Shown here: in pieces, positions 27,901 to 37,500 of the stretch
How positions within the stretch are numbered: the stretch's first letter is position 1
How the letters are laid out: each line of letters opens with the position of its first letter
Source: a virus
IMG/VR virus record: IMGVR_UViG_3300031463_000004
Coordinates: 14,515-78,514 of that record
Reading direction: 5' to 3' (one strand)
Length of the DNA stretch: 64,000 bases
Notes under the pieces: model-generated
The model's database searches: none
Told to the model about the DNA's origin: nothing
What the model saw: only the letters and a program-made list of their open reading frames with translations
Made by a program: the position numbers and the translations under genes

Positions 27901-28800
27901 GATTTCCGTGTAAGGTGGTGTCCCGAATGCACAATTTGTGCTGTAGGATACGGAGAGTGGAGCGTACCCCGTTAGTGGACTTCCGGCGAACAGTATGCTA
28001 AATGTTCCAGGATTTTGTTTCGTTACTGTTATTCTGATGCTCTGTTCCCCTGTCCGTCCTGTAGAGTCCGTGACAGTCATCTTTGCTGCGTATATTCCAA
28101 TAGATGAATACGTATGTGTGGGTATCGGTGTCCCATTCACCGGAGCACTGCCATCCCCAGGGTCGAATGAATACGTATATGGCGGTGTCCCGGATTGAAC
28201 TGTGGTTGTAAACGAAACATTTAGTGGGACTGCACCAGATACAACAGACGATGTGAATGTGAAATCAATAGCGTGGACGGTATACCACACCGTCATAGTG
28301 ACTTGATCAATGTAGGCTGTTGCATTGGGTGGTCTTGATGCATCAGCAGATATCTGGATGGCAACGCCTGACGAAGGAGATAATAGTTGGCTCGGAGTAA
28401 GTACCAACCCCCACAAATCTGTAGACCCACCATGACCTCGTATCTGGTTGGTCTCAGGCCAAAACCCTACGTCTGCTCTATTAGCAGAAGTTTTTATTTG
28501 GTTGTTTATAACCAAATATACAGAATTATCTCGGATCAGCCCACCCTGTGACTCTTTGCACAGTATGTCTATCTGTACTCCACTTATCTCTGCGTTTGAT
28601 GGTATCGGATCCCCAACAGGACCTAGGCACATCAGATAGTTAGATATTGGACTCGATTGTGGGTTGCTATTCACAAAACATGTGGCGTATTGTCCGTTTG
28701 CAGTTTTTGCATTGTCGGGGTTCGCCCACGGCTGATACCCAGATGTTGTGTTGTTGGTTATCGTGCTGAATGTATATGTTTTGTACGACGTTACTGGCAT
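24988..28800 (-). CDS. Large virion surface/fibre protein with multiple PKD domains
   Basis: Repeated GGTPPYxYxWxFGDG...H.Y...G.Y...L.V.D; Y_Y_Y-like TYTNLPYGTYTFYVKAKD; carboxypeptidase-regulatory-like segment; PPC-like C-terminus. Confidence 0.85.
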   Translation of the reverse strand: MPVTSYKTYTFSTITNNTTSGYQPWANPDNAKTANGQYATCFVNSNPQSSPISNYLMCLGPVGDPIPSNAEISGVQIDILCKESQGGLIRDNSVYLVINNQIKTSANRADVGFWPETNQIRGHGGSTDLWGLVLTPSQLLSPSSGVAIQISADASRPPNATAYIDQVTMTVWYTVHAIDFTFTSSVVSGAVPLNVSFTTTVQSGTPPYTYSFDPGDGSAPVNGTPIPTHTYSSIGIYAAKMTVTDSTGRTGEQSIRITVTKQNPGTFSILFAGSPLTGYAPLSVSYSTNCAFGTPPYTEIIDFGDGTSVTYVTDGTVTGYHIYTNPGTYEIREAAIDSVGNVSIATPEYTTVIVNQGNLDFEISVSPDTGPAPLGVNFQTVSVTGSGHYEYLWQFGDGSQGNTSPNCSHVYISPGTYTASLQVRDVYTSMTSVKTHQITVSQAGQFYATIQSDVTTGPSPLTVHFTSTVSGGNPPYTYDWDLGDTNHSSDQNPVHQYTAIGTFQVRLSVSDSSSPPLSVQSNTLNITVTSSGGGGGLLVNTSVLPTTGPAPLTVGASGYVSGGTPPYSYLWSFGDGTPDSPNQNTSHVYTTPGTYNCRLKVTDTANTIVFSAPTVITVTASGQPPGSTGDATLKWVGHDDRTPDADILYAYYLFPTESNYGPWNHDTQKTYTNLPYGTYTFYVKAKDNAGQESTPATWTFTVGSSGTMTAWFYEDIHSSPTYPVTVTVSGYAEGGTPPYNFMWDFGDTTPTQTGSITSHTYTASGAFTVTMTATDAAGGSITKTDTKYIGGTAPLQAWFTEDIHSSSTVPVDVTFSASGSGGTPPYTFTWDFGDTSPTVTGYQITHTYTTSGTFTVTMTAHDSVGAVVTKTDTKYMTTQPPQSHTISGTITFNGIDKFTIYNNNSSYGYVPWSYRYNVAVTDGLGASVTLTGPAPKSNLLALKWPVGTDIPPGTQITGVELHLRVLADVPGGVTTNLRHIKNGVIHDPVQYPGHTWSASGWEWVTYGGPTDLIGLGSLTSDDIRTKEYGIGVIASRVDGIGTPVTAQIDSAYIIFYYSGRPTYPIGVSGINVELYDRFNGSDTPIAVGTTDTNGNYTIPNVPDGYYVLDPEYDPSSQVSEWQMLSPPYLTPTVSGANLVGQDFTSEPIPFVYIKKNTTLPRYLAMNASPAGTWFYFWFKSRGNNLVTVKVTPVNGDPLYIYLRRDSLPDTPDDYDLKDDSAGGGVKRIQFHPATIAPGTGPVRNWFVGVFAQPSQPKTIPFDVTVTQPQT
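26177..26673. repeat. Diverged tandem duplication, 261-bp period (87-aa PKD unit)
   Basis: WF.EDIHSS...GGTPPY.F.WDFGDT.PT.TG....HTYT.SG.FTVTMTA.D..G...TKTDTKY occurs twice and is also similar at DNA level. Confidence 0.85.
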
Positions 28801-28816
28801 TTTGGCCTCACAAGAA

Positions 28817-30832
28817 TCATGGGGTTCCTGAACAATCTATTGCCTGTAGTGTCATCCCGATCTGAGTAGACCCTCTTGCTCCTATGGAGTCTTCCACAGA
28901 ACATATGATTTGGAATGCCCCTCCCCCAGCGTATTGCGGTGGCTCAAAGAACACAGATATGCTTGTGTCTGTGACCTGTGACACTACTGTCTTATTGACT
29001 GTATATCCAGTGTTTACAACCACTGTCACAGTGATAGTTAGTGGGGGTACCCCACCGTGTATAGTAACGTCACACGTGTACAGAGCGAGATGCTCAAGAC
29101 AATCTCTATCGAAACTATCAATATTGACCAGCAAGGTACTCCCACCACCGCCGCCTCCTCCCCCACCTCCAGTTCCGCCTGGTCCTTCTGTGATTGTCAC
29201 AGTTGGTGGTTCGTCGGACACAAGTTCTGGGTTTACACAGGTTCTTGGATCTGGCTGTGCTGGAAGTAGAACATCAGCAGGGATATTGTATGCTGGAATA
29301 TAGGGTAATGGTTCTCCACACCGATGTGAGAGAAACCATCTGATCTTGTCTCCAGGTAGCCCAAAGAATAGAACCCGATATGGGCCTACCCACGTACCCA
29401 GAAACCTGTCCTTTCCACCGTAGTCGCGGACTTCTAGCTCCATCAGTGTGTCGTAACTCACTCCACTGATGTAGAAGCGTATACCTCTTGCATCCGTTGC
29501 TGTGGGGAATCCGAAACTTACCGTCCTCGCATCTACCCATTTAAGTTTGTCTGTGTCATCTGTCCATGACTGTATTTTCTGGGATCTAGTGTCTGTCCCA
29601 GAGCTCTCATTCGGGAATTTCTCATCTGGAGGTTGTCCTGTTGAGAACGGGTTCTTAGCAAGTATGTGATTATTTCTACCTGATGTGTACGTTCCAGACT
29701 TTATTCTCAGATAGGTTCCGTTTACGTCTCCACCACTACTACCATCTGGGTCTGTGAGACCGAATCCAAGTTTGTCCGGGTACGCAGCACTCTTGAATCC
29801 ACAGATTTCTGGATTACCAGACCCTAGGACGCGGAGAACCAGGCCACCGTCAGACCCGTCCTTTGTCAAATAGTTCAGCGTTGTGCCAGTTTTCCCTCTG
29901 GCTGCGACATTTAAAACGAATACTGTTGGGTCATCTTTAAGAGGGAATCCCCATATGTAAAGGTTTCTCTTGAGTGCCCCATCCACAAACCACTGATCCG
30001 AGAAAATCGGAGCCATCTCCAGGAAGGGTAAGAGTGTATTGTGACGCCCTGAGATAACAAAAATAGGATTCTCTATCAGAGGTCCCTGAGCATTCTCGCT
30101 CAGATACTCTTTTTCTCTGTTGGCTATTGGATATTCCATCAATTGCTCGCGGCTATATGTCGGGCAATCAATGAACATCAGATTCTTTGTGGTTAGATTC
30201 TGCCCACATCCAATTTCTTGATTCAGTGTTGTAGAGGCTTGCGCCCCTACAGAGTCAGTCACAGTAAGCGTGACAACATAAGGCCCAAGACCCTGGTAAG
30301 TGTGAACTGGGTTGGCCTCGTCTGAAGTTTGACCGTCCCCGAAATCCCATAGATATGTATAGGGTGGTGTGCCTCCTGTGACTACCGATGTGAATGTCAC
30401 TTCTATAGGAGGAACATTTCCCTCACACGACCATGTCGCAGAAGCATCAACAGCCAACCCCAGGCAAAGAATGGTCTGGGCAAATGCTGTATCTGTATCC
30501 GGATTCCAATTTACCGTGTAGTCTCCAATATTTACGTACCGTAGAAGGATAGTAGTGTACCCAGAATCGGTGCTACCGCCGGTTGTTTTTCCGGTTACAG
30601 TAACTGAGATGCTCCATTCGTCACTAGACGAATTCGGAAGAGAAGCACTCGTGTATGTGTGGTATACAGTTTGGCTTCCACCAGGATGATATTCTGTTGG
30701 AGTCCCATCGTCAAAATATACAGTCGCACCAAGGTTTGTATATGTACCCCCAACGGAGATGCTGAGAGCAATCTGATAGGGTACGGAGGGTATCCACTCT
30801 GTATCTAGAGATAGACTAACTGGTATGGACAT
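28817..30832 (-). CDS. PKD-domain structural protein
   Basis: GGTPPYTYLWDFGDGQTSDEANPVHTY; poly-Gly linker; central domain paralogous to the C-terminus of the 1263-aa protein. Confidence 0.8.
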   Translation of the reverse strand: MSIPVSLSLDTEWIPSVPYQIALSISVGGTYTNLGATVYFDDGTPTEYHPGGSQTVYHTYTSASLPNSSSDEWSISVTVTGKTTGGSTDSGYTTILLRYVNIGDYTVNWNPDTDTAFAQTILCLGLAVDASATWSCEGNVPPIEVTFTSVVTGGTPPYTYLWDFGDGQTSDEANPVHTYQGLGPYVVTLTVTDSVGAQASTTLNQEIGCGQNLTTKNLMFIDCPTYSREQLMEYPIANREKEYLSENAQGPLIENPIFVISGRHNTLLPFLEMAPIFSDQWFVDGALKRNLYIWGFPLKDDPTVFVLNVAARGKTGTTLNYLTKDGSDGGLVLRVLGSGNPEICGFKSAAYPDKLGFGLTDPDGSSGGDVNGTYLRIKSGTYTSGRNNHILAKNPFSTGQPPDEKFPNESSGTDTRSQKIQSWTDDTDKLKWVDARTVSFGFPTATDARGIRFYISGVSYDTLMELEVRDYGGKDRFLGTWVGPYRVLFFGLPGDKIRWFLSHRCGEPLPYIPAYNIPADVLLPAQPDPRTCVNPELVSDEPPTVTITEGPGGTGGGGGGGGGGSTLLVNIDSFDRDCLEHLALYTCDVTIHGGVPPLTITVTVVVNTGYTVNKTVVSQVTDTSISVFFEPPQYAGGGAFQIICSVEDSIGARGSTQIGMTLQAIDCSGTP

Positions 30833-30850
30833 AGATATCTCCAGTCTGTG

Positions 30851-32221
30851 TTACGTTATCACAAGGGGCACATTCGTAATTGTATCGAATTGTACTGAAA
30901 TACCAGGAGGTGTACTGAACGTTATCCCTGGGTCTTCAAACGGATTACAATTCTCGGCAGATATCTCAAGATCATCATTGAGCTGATAAAGGATTGCTCC
31001 TACATATTGTGATGGAGGAATCGTCGTTAGCTGTACTACACCGATTCCTTCGGTTCTGTACCGGCCAAAAATTCCGGCTACCTGTCCTTGGGGGTTTCCA
31101 TAGGGGCTTAGCATGGATCGCTTCAATCTACGCACCTTGAGAACAGACCCGCTGCTCTTATCCAGTTTAATGATAGTAAGTTTGTCATTATTATTCCCAC
31201 TTATAGCTGAAACAAATATATCTCCATTACTGTTAGAACCGATACCAATCTCCGGATTAGCCACAATCGTGGAATTTGTACCATCATAAAGACACTTATA
31301 CCAAGCTAAAGTACCATCTGCATTCAGTTTCACTACGATAGGAAAGTATCCATAAGTATAACTGCTATATATAGAGATAAATACAAGTTCTGAATTAGCT
31401 GTAACGTGTGTCGCCGGGTCTCCGAAATAATTGTTACTCGGTGCGTTTAAGTTCTTCGGGTATATCCCATTCGTTCTGACGAGTGTGGCAGATTTTGTAT
31501 CTATCCGTAGGAGTATTGGTCGACTAGAACCAAGTAGAACGTTCCTAATGTCACCAGTCCCAAATATTATTGGGGTACTCGAAATGTATTGAGTGCTTCC
31601 GGCATACGGAGCTGGTAAGCTGCTCAGCCCTTTCCAGATTCTGATCCAAGTATCTGGATTGGATGGGTCCATATGGAAAGCATTTGTTGTTTTGACGAAG
31701 CCGATTGCCGTCGAACCACCACTGGACCTAGAAGATAGTAGGTAGCATAGAAATCTGTGCCCGCTATCTAACGTACGATAAGACCCATGCTCCCCGGAGG
31801 AACTAGTATCAGAGTGAGCTGTATATACTCTTTTCTGTGTAATGATGTTCAGTGTGGTTGGGCTCAGTTCTGCGAATACACACCCCGTCTGGTGATTACC
31901 GTCAACGAATCCTATGTGAGTCTCGACTCTTCCAGTGCTCTCATTGTAGAACAAATGAGTCCCTTGGGACAGGATGTATAACAAGGCAGCTTGATCACTG
32001 TTATCTGCTTCAACATACCGTGCCGCTTTTACCGTGGCTGTGGCCTTATCAATCAGTAAGAATAGTGGTCTCTCCCTAACGTTGCTCGCTGTTACCTGAT
32101 AGTGGTTGCTGAGAGCGACTATCACATCTCCTGATGGTAGTTCTTCTGCACACATATGGTCATGATAATCGTCGAAATTCGGGCTATCTGTTCGGTAAAC
32201 TCTAACTGACCGAGTAATCAC
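30851..32221 (-). CDS. Putative beta-propeller structural protein
   Basis: Repeated IVVKLNADGTLAWYK / IIKLDKSSGSVLKVR blade-like motifs. Confidence 0.6.
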   Translation of the reverse strand: MITRSVRVYRTDSPNFDDYHDHMCAEELPSGDVIVALSNHYQVTASNVRERPLFLLIDKATATVKAARYVEADNSDQAALLYILSQGTHLFYNESTGRVETHIGFVDGNHQTGCVFAELSPTTLNIITQKRVYTAHSDTSSSGEHGSYRTLDSGHRFLCYLLSSRSSGGSTAIGFVKTTNAFHMDPSNPDTWIRIWKGLSSLPAPYAGSTQYISSTPIIFGTGDIRNVLLGSSRPILLRIDTKSATLVRTNGIYPKNLNAPSNNYFGDPATHVTANSELVFISIYSSYTYGYFPIVVKLNADGTLAWYKCLYDGTNSTIVANPEIGIGSNSNGDIFVSAISGNNNDKLTIIKLDKSSGSVLKVRRLKRSMLSPYGNPQGQVAGIFGRYRTEGIGVVQLTTIPPSQYVGAILYQLNDDLEISAENCNPFEDPGITFSTPPGISVQFDTITNVPLVIT

Positions 32222-32222
32222 G

Positions 32223-34583
32223 TTAAGAACCTCCAGGGTATGTTACATCAGGTGGTGTTACATCTAAGACTGAGCCAAATGCCTCGATCACCCGTACCAC
32301 AGGTACGAAATCCTTATCTCCATTCCTAATATAGGAGATAAGGTCCATCAAGTCTTGAGGGTATCCCTTATCGGACTTGGATAGTACAATCACGCCGGGG
32401 GTAAGACCACCATATACGGAGTACATTGTGTCTGTCTCTGCAAGACCGAATACGCCACGGCATAGAACCTCGCCGCTCGTTCCTACTGGGATGTCCCGTG
32501 GGTACACCACTCCAAGTACTTGAACCTGGTCCAGGTCATCTACGGGTAGAGCATCGTTCTGAGCGATAGCGTTATATGCCTTCCCATCCGAGTGCTTGAT
32601 ATACACAATATCGCCACGGACTAAGGATTCTCCTGCCGTTACTGTCACTGTAATCGTTCCGCCAGTGTGGACTATACTCGTTTCTTGGTTTTCTGAACTC
32701 ATATTCTGTGAAATGTTTGTCTGTCTGAGATCTTTGAATGTGTTCAATTTGTACGCCCCTGACGAATCAACAACGAATGAGAATACAGGGAGTTCCCTTC
32801 CTATGTCTACTCCCTCAGAACTGGTAATGATACCGTAGTAACTGCTAGACGCGCCAGATACCTGGACTGACCGTACGAAACTGTAGAAATTCTTTGTCTC
32901 TGCGTAGAACCCTACCCAATCCCCGCCTCCGGTTCCAAGCCCTGGTCGCACTTCATGCCTGGAAGAGGAACTTACTTGAATTACTTCTGTTGCTAAAATA
33001 CCACCATCCGTATACCCGGTGACAGCCAGGGTAGCCGAAGCCCCAGTAGAACTTGAATCGTTTGTTACCCAGATTTGGATATGTGCTGGAGTTGTCGGCT
33101 GTTTGGTAGGGTATATCTTACCAAGAGAGGCTAAGCCCGAGATGGTATTCACCGGGACAAGGATGTTTGGTTTCTGCCTCGTGTACCCACTCCGGTCTAA
33201 ATAGAATATCTTCTCCCCAGGGAAATGTGCCTGGAAATCGAGGGTAGCGATTGAGCATGGCAAAGTTTGGAATGCCCTTGTACCTATAGCAACCATCTCT
33301 TTCTCTAGAGGCTGGTGTATCACTACACGGTTTGGTGTGGTTGTCTCATCCAAGTTCGGTTCGCAGTTATTAACCCAACCATATGTCACTGTGAATGTGA
33401 TGTTCGCAGGGATACCACGTGCGTCTCCAACAGATAGATACCGTTTGTATGGAACAATTTTTGCAAATGTTGTGTAATTCTTTCCATTCGACCCTATGAT
33501 GGCCAATATCTTATAGGGGAAGTGCGTCAGACCACGGAAAGGGCCACCTGCGCTATCTGAGCCTCTCGTCAGAAAGAAACTATTCGGGAGACCTGTATAA
33601 GACCCGTCAACATCCGTCACCATCTTGACGTCGGTCTCTGTGTAAATATCCCCAAATCTCGTTTCTGAAGAAGACCAGGATGCCCCTACATTGTATGTTC
33701 TTCTTACAACGAATCTGGATGGGAATGATTCAAGTACCGCGTCCTTTACTTTCGTATCGGTTCTTAGTTGGACATCTATCAGACTATGCTCGGGCCGTAC
33801 TGTCTGATACGGCCATCCTAATGATGGGAGTGTGTGTAAATATGATCCCAGAACATAAATAGAGTCCTCTTTTAGACCTCCATTTATAGGATATAGAAGA
33901 CCGATAGGTACACACCGGTTCGACAGAATTGCATCTTTCAGAAAGCCTGGGATAGACGCATTGCTTCCTGTCTCTAAGAGCGTGGTGTGGTCTCTCATTG
34001 TGACCACAGCCACGGCTGCACCTTCAATGGCCTCCGACTGCACAATAGTCCCAGATACTGTGATAGTCGGTGATGCTGACTGTTCCTTGTACACAATCAA
34101 AACGACATTCGGTTCGGATAGAGACCCAAGTAGAAGAGAGTTCCCTAGTGTGTCCTTAAAAATTGGATAACCTGGGCTCGTAGCTGAAACAGGAACGACA
34201 AGGGGGAGTTCCCCAGAATCCTTCTTGACGACTACCCCGGACTCGTTCGGGAAATACGCACTGGTGGGCAGCTCCGTATCTGAATCCGGGACGGAATCCT
34301 GCAATACTCTTATTCTGAGATATTCTGTCTTCCTGTATGTAATTGCCCCGATTGTTTCATCCTTTATCGCTTTCGTGTAGGCAACTCCAGAAGTGAGAAT
34401 GAATGTATTGCTATCATTGTAACGCAGGAGGAGATTCTGTCTCGCGTTCACAATTCCAGGAGATGTGATACCGGAATGAAGTTGTTGGAGTGAAGTTTCC
34501 CACGCCCGTTTCTCTGTGTAGAGAACATTCGGCGTGACTATCTGCCCGCCCTTTAGCCATCGCGTCCCGTGAAAGTCAGGCAT
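32223..34583 (-). CDS. Tail fibre/baseplate-attached structural protein (paralog of 34595-38386)
   Basis: Colinear motifs shared with its neighbour; C-terminal AGESLVRGDIVYI...VLGVV...SGEVLCRG cement/fibre-like module. Confidence 0.7.
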   Translation of the reverse strand: MPDFHGTRWLKGGQIVTPNVLYTEKRAWETSLQQLHSGITSPGIVNARQNLLLRYNDSNTFILTSGVAYTKAIKDETIGAITYRKTEYLRIRVLQDSVPDSDTELPTSAYFPNESGVVVKKDSGELPLVVPVSATSPGYPIFKDTLGNSLLLGSLSEPNVVLIVYKEQSASPTITVSGTIVQSEAIEGAAVAVVTMRDHTTLLETGSNASIPGFLKDAILSNRCVPIGLLYPINGGLKEDSIYVLGSYLHTLPSLGWPYQTVRPEHSLIDVQLRTDTKVKDAVLESFPSRFVVRRTYNVGASWSSSETRFGDIYTETDVKMVTDVDGSYTGLPNSFFLTRGSDSAGGPFRGLTHFPYKILAIIGSNGKNYTTFAKIVPYKRYLSVGDARGIPANITFTVTYGWVNNCEPNLDETTTPNRVVIHQPLEKEMVAIGTRAFQTLPCSIATLDFQAHFPGEKIFYLDRSGYTRQKPNILVPVNTISGLASLGKIYPTKQPTTPAHIQIWVTNDSSSTGASATLAVTGYTDGGILATEVIQVSSSSRHEVRPGLGTGGGDWVGFYAETKNFYSFVRSVQVSGASSSYYGIITSSEGVDIGRELPVFSFVVDSSGAYKLNTFKDLRQTNISQNMSSENQETSIVHTGGTITVTVTAGESLVRGDIVYIKHSDGKAYNAIAQNDALPVDDLDQVQVLGVVYPRDIPVGTSGEVLCRGVFGLAETDTMYSVYGGLTPGVIVLSKSDKGYPQDLMDLISYIRNGDKDFVPVVRVIEAFGSVLDVTPPDVTYPGGS

Positions 34584-34594
34584 TGCTATCTCAC

Positions 34595-37500
34595 CTATTC
34601 ATATTTCGTACAGATTCTGGGAAGCCGCTGTACTTCGAGTACCTTACACTCTCTAGGAGACGTGGCAGCAGGGGCCAAGCCCGGATCGGAATCCCCGGCA
34701 CTCGGGTTGTATATCCAGGGTTCCGAGCATCTTGGAGTGAGATAGAACCGTAGTTTGTCCCCCTCCACAGAGAAAAAGTTGACTCGATTCCATCCTAGAG
34801 CGAAGAACTTTATCCTAGACGTAGGCGTTGTCCCGTCTGCATGAGCTCTCTTCCCAATAGATAGCTCCAGAATAGTATACCGATCAAATCCGCTAACGTA
34901 ACAGCGGAAAGAGTCCCCAGCTGTGGATTCTCGAAAACCGAATTGTATTGTCTTTTCGTCAACGAATCTGAACATGTCATGCTCGTTTGTTCCGTAGTAT
35001 TCCCACGCATCCGTATCGGTGATATAGACACCTGGGTCTGGGTCCCCACTCCCCCAAGACTCTTTCGGAGGTTCGTATTGTGAATACGGGTTCTTACAGA
35101 GAGCTCCTGCGTCTAGGAGACTTGCTCCTGCTCCAGTCTTTAGACTCATCTTCGGGTCATCACCAATGAGTTGTCCTGTCTTATCCGGGTATCCATAGTT
35201 CCTGAACCCGGATATTTCGCCGTGACAGTCAGGGAGGACTCTGAGTATAAAAGAACCGTGATTGTTCACCCTGTCTAGATACCAGTTGTAGTCAGTTGTA
35301 GCTGTCTCGCGCCGTTTGATTGCCACGGAGATAACAGCGGAATCCGATGTGAACCCTTGTACCCAGACAAACATGCGGTTATAACCTGTTCCTTCTGGGC
35401 TATCGTCATCATGGAATATAGGAGCTGCTCCAGCAACTGGTACAATAAGTGGGCTCCTACACATTGTGATGAACTTAGGCAGCTCCACAAGGCATCCTTC
35501 AGTTTGATTCGATTTGTACTGTCGGTAATAATCCTCAACATAAATTTCACTCGCGTATTTTTTCGAAAAGATGGGGCCGTCAAATAGAATCTTGCTTGAT
35601 GTGATAGCGTACCCACAACGAACTGTCGGTTTGTACCGGAGGAGTTCTGGCGAAATGGACGTTTCTGCCGACTTGAATGTTTCAGAATCAAAAGATAGAG
35701 CAGAATTTCCGTACCCAGCAGACGCACGTATCATTGTGCCTAACATATACGGAGTTGAGGACTGCAGCAGTACTTGAGACCCACCTTGTGCTGTTGCTGC
35801 AATAACCCCTCCGAACTTTGAGTTGATTTGTGTTGCGAGTTCGGTAGCCGTCACCCAATCTGTGTTGTACACGAACAACGTACCAGAAACAGAGAATGCA
35901 TCCCCATCCGATGGTGTACCCGGGGAGCCCAATTCAGTTTGTCCCACATTCAAAACGGCATTCGATGCGTATACGAGTATCGCCAGTTTCTCCGTATTCG
36001 GGTCTCCAATCTGATATACCCGAATAGGAGTGGACTTCTTTGTACTCTTGATAGTTACAACCGACCCATCAGACGTAGCGGTTACGACCCCGGCTATTTT
36101 CGAATCTGCTGTTCCATTGATTACAGTAGTGAGGTTCTGTGCAGTTATAGCCGGGTCAGCATCCCAAGTGAATACACTACCTATTGGTGCACTACCTGGC
36201 TGAACATTGGAATAGTAGTCATATCCATTTATGTTCAAATGTACATAGGCTTCTGGGCAATCCGACACAATCTGGACAGTTAGTGTCTCTGCCCCGGAAC
36301 CGGAGTATTGGAAAGGGTATTGAGTGGAAAAGTTTCCAGGCTCGCTACTCGATAGATAGAGTACACCCGGCCTAAAATCCCAGTTGTTGTTGACGACGAC
36401 TCCTCTGAGAGTCACCCACCCAGATTGCCCAGCCTGAATATCCGTATCCGCTATCCCAGCCACATTTGGCTTATAAGCATCATTCTCGGCTACGGCCCTG
36501 TAGAGATACCCTACTCCACTATCCTGTGGTGGGTCGTGCCCGGCCTCTCCAGGTTTGATATACACAATCTGTCCTTGCTTGATGTATTCTCCGGCGGGGA
36601 GATAGGCTTTTACTGCACCGTCCAATATTGTGACTTGTTTGCATGATGACAGAAAAGACAGCATGCTCTGGTAGATATGCGTGTCCCTCAGATCCACAAA
36701 TGTCCACTCCAGAGCATCTCCTGCGGCATCTATTGTTACCTTGCAGTTTGGTAAGTCGTGTAATAGGTCAATTCCCTCGTTGCTCAGGACGAACACTGTA
36801 GCATCTTTGTTGGACGCGGATAGGCTTAATTTATCCAGGTCGGTTATCTCAAGGCCTGTTACGGACCCGAATATACTTGTTGAGGATTCGTAGTACCCAG
36901 TCCAGTCTTCTCCGTTGTTTCCTAGCCCAGGTTTTGTCTCTGTTACAGATGTTGCTTTTACAGTTATGTTTTCTGATATTGGAGCCCCGGATCCATCAGT
37001 ACCATATACCGTGAATTGGAGTCCTTGTGTTCCCGGTTTTGTGCCTGTTACACAACATGTAATCCGAGTGGGTCTAGTTGGCTGACTTGACGGCATCACC
37101 ACATCGCCGTCACTGATGCGACGGATATCTCTAGCCTGGAACAGGATCCTCGGCTTTACATCCACCTCACCTAGCTTATTGATGAAGAATGTATATTCGG
37201 CTGGGTATTGTGCGTTCTCTGACGGAATCTTGGTATCCGCCGTAAGAACCGTAATAGGGTTCGATTCCACAAGGACCATCTCGTTCTCAAGAGGCTGAGC
37301 GACGGTCACGGAATCCGGGTTTGTACTCTTGTTCAGGTATGGTTCTGCTACATTGTAATACGCGTAAACAATTTCCAGGCTGCCACCATCAGGTATTGGA
37401 GATGTCTCGTTTCCAACAGGGTCCAGTGCGATGTATTTCTTTCCTGCGACAATATCTGCGTTACCCAGCATATCCACGCCGTCAGATCTTGTTGCACTCA

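Noticed and set aside
30833-30853. Stop readthrough fusing the 456-aa and 671-aa ORFs (same frame, 18 nt apart)
   Set aside because: The stop is TAA and the downstream ATG has its own GGAG RBS; same-frame adjacency occurs one time in three by chance.
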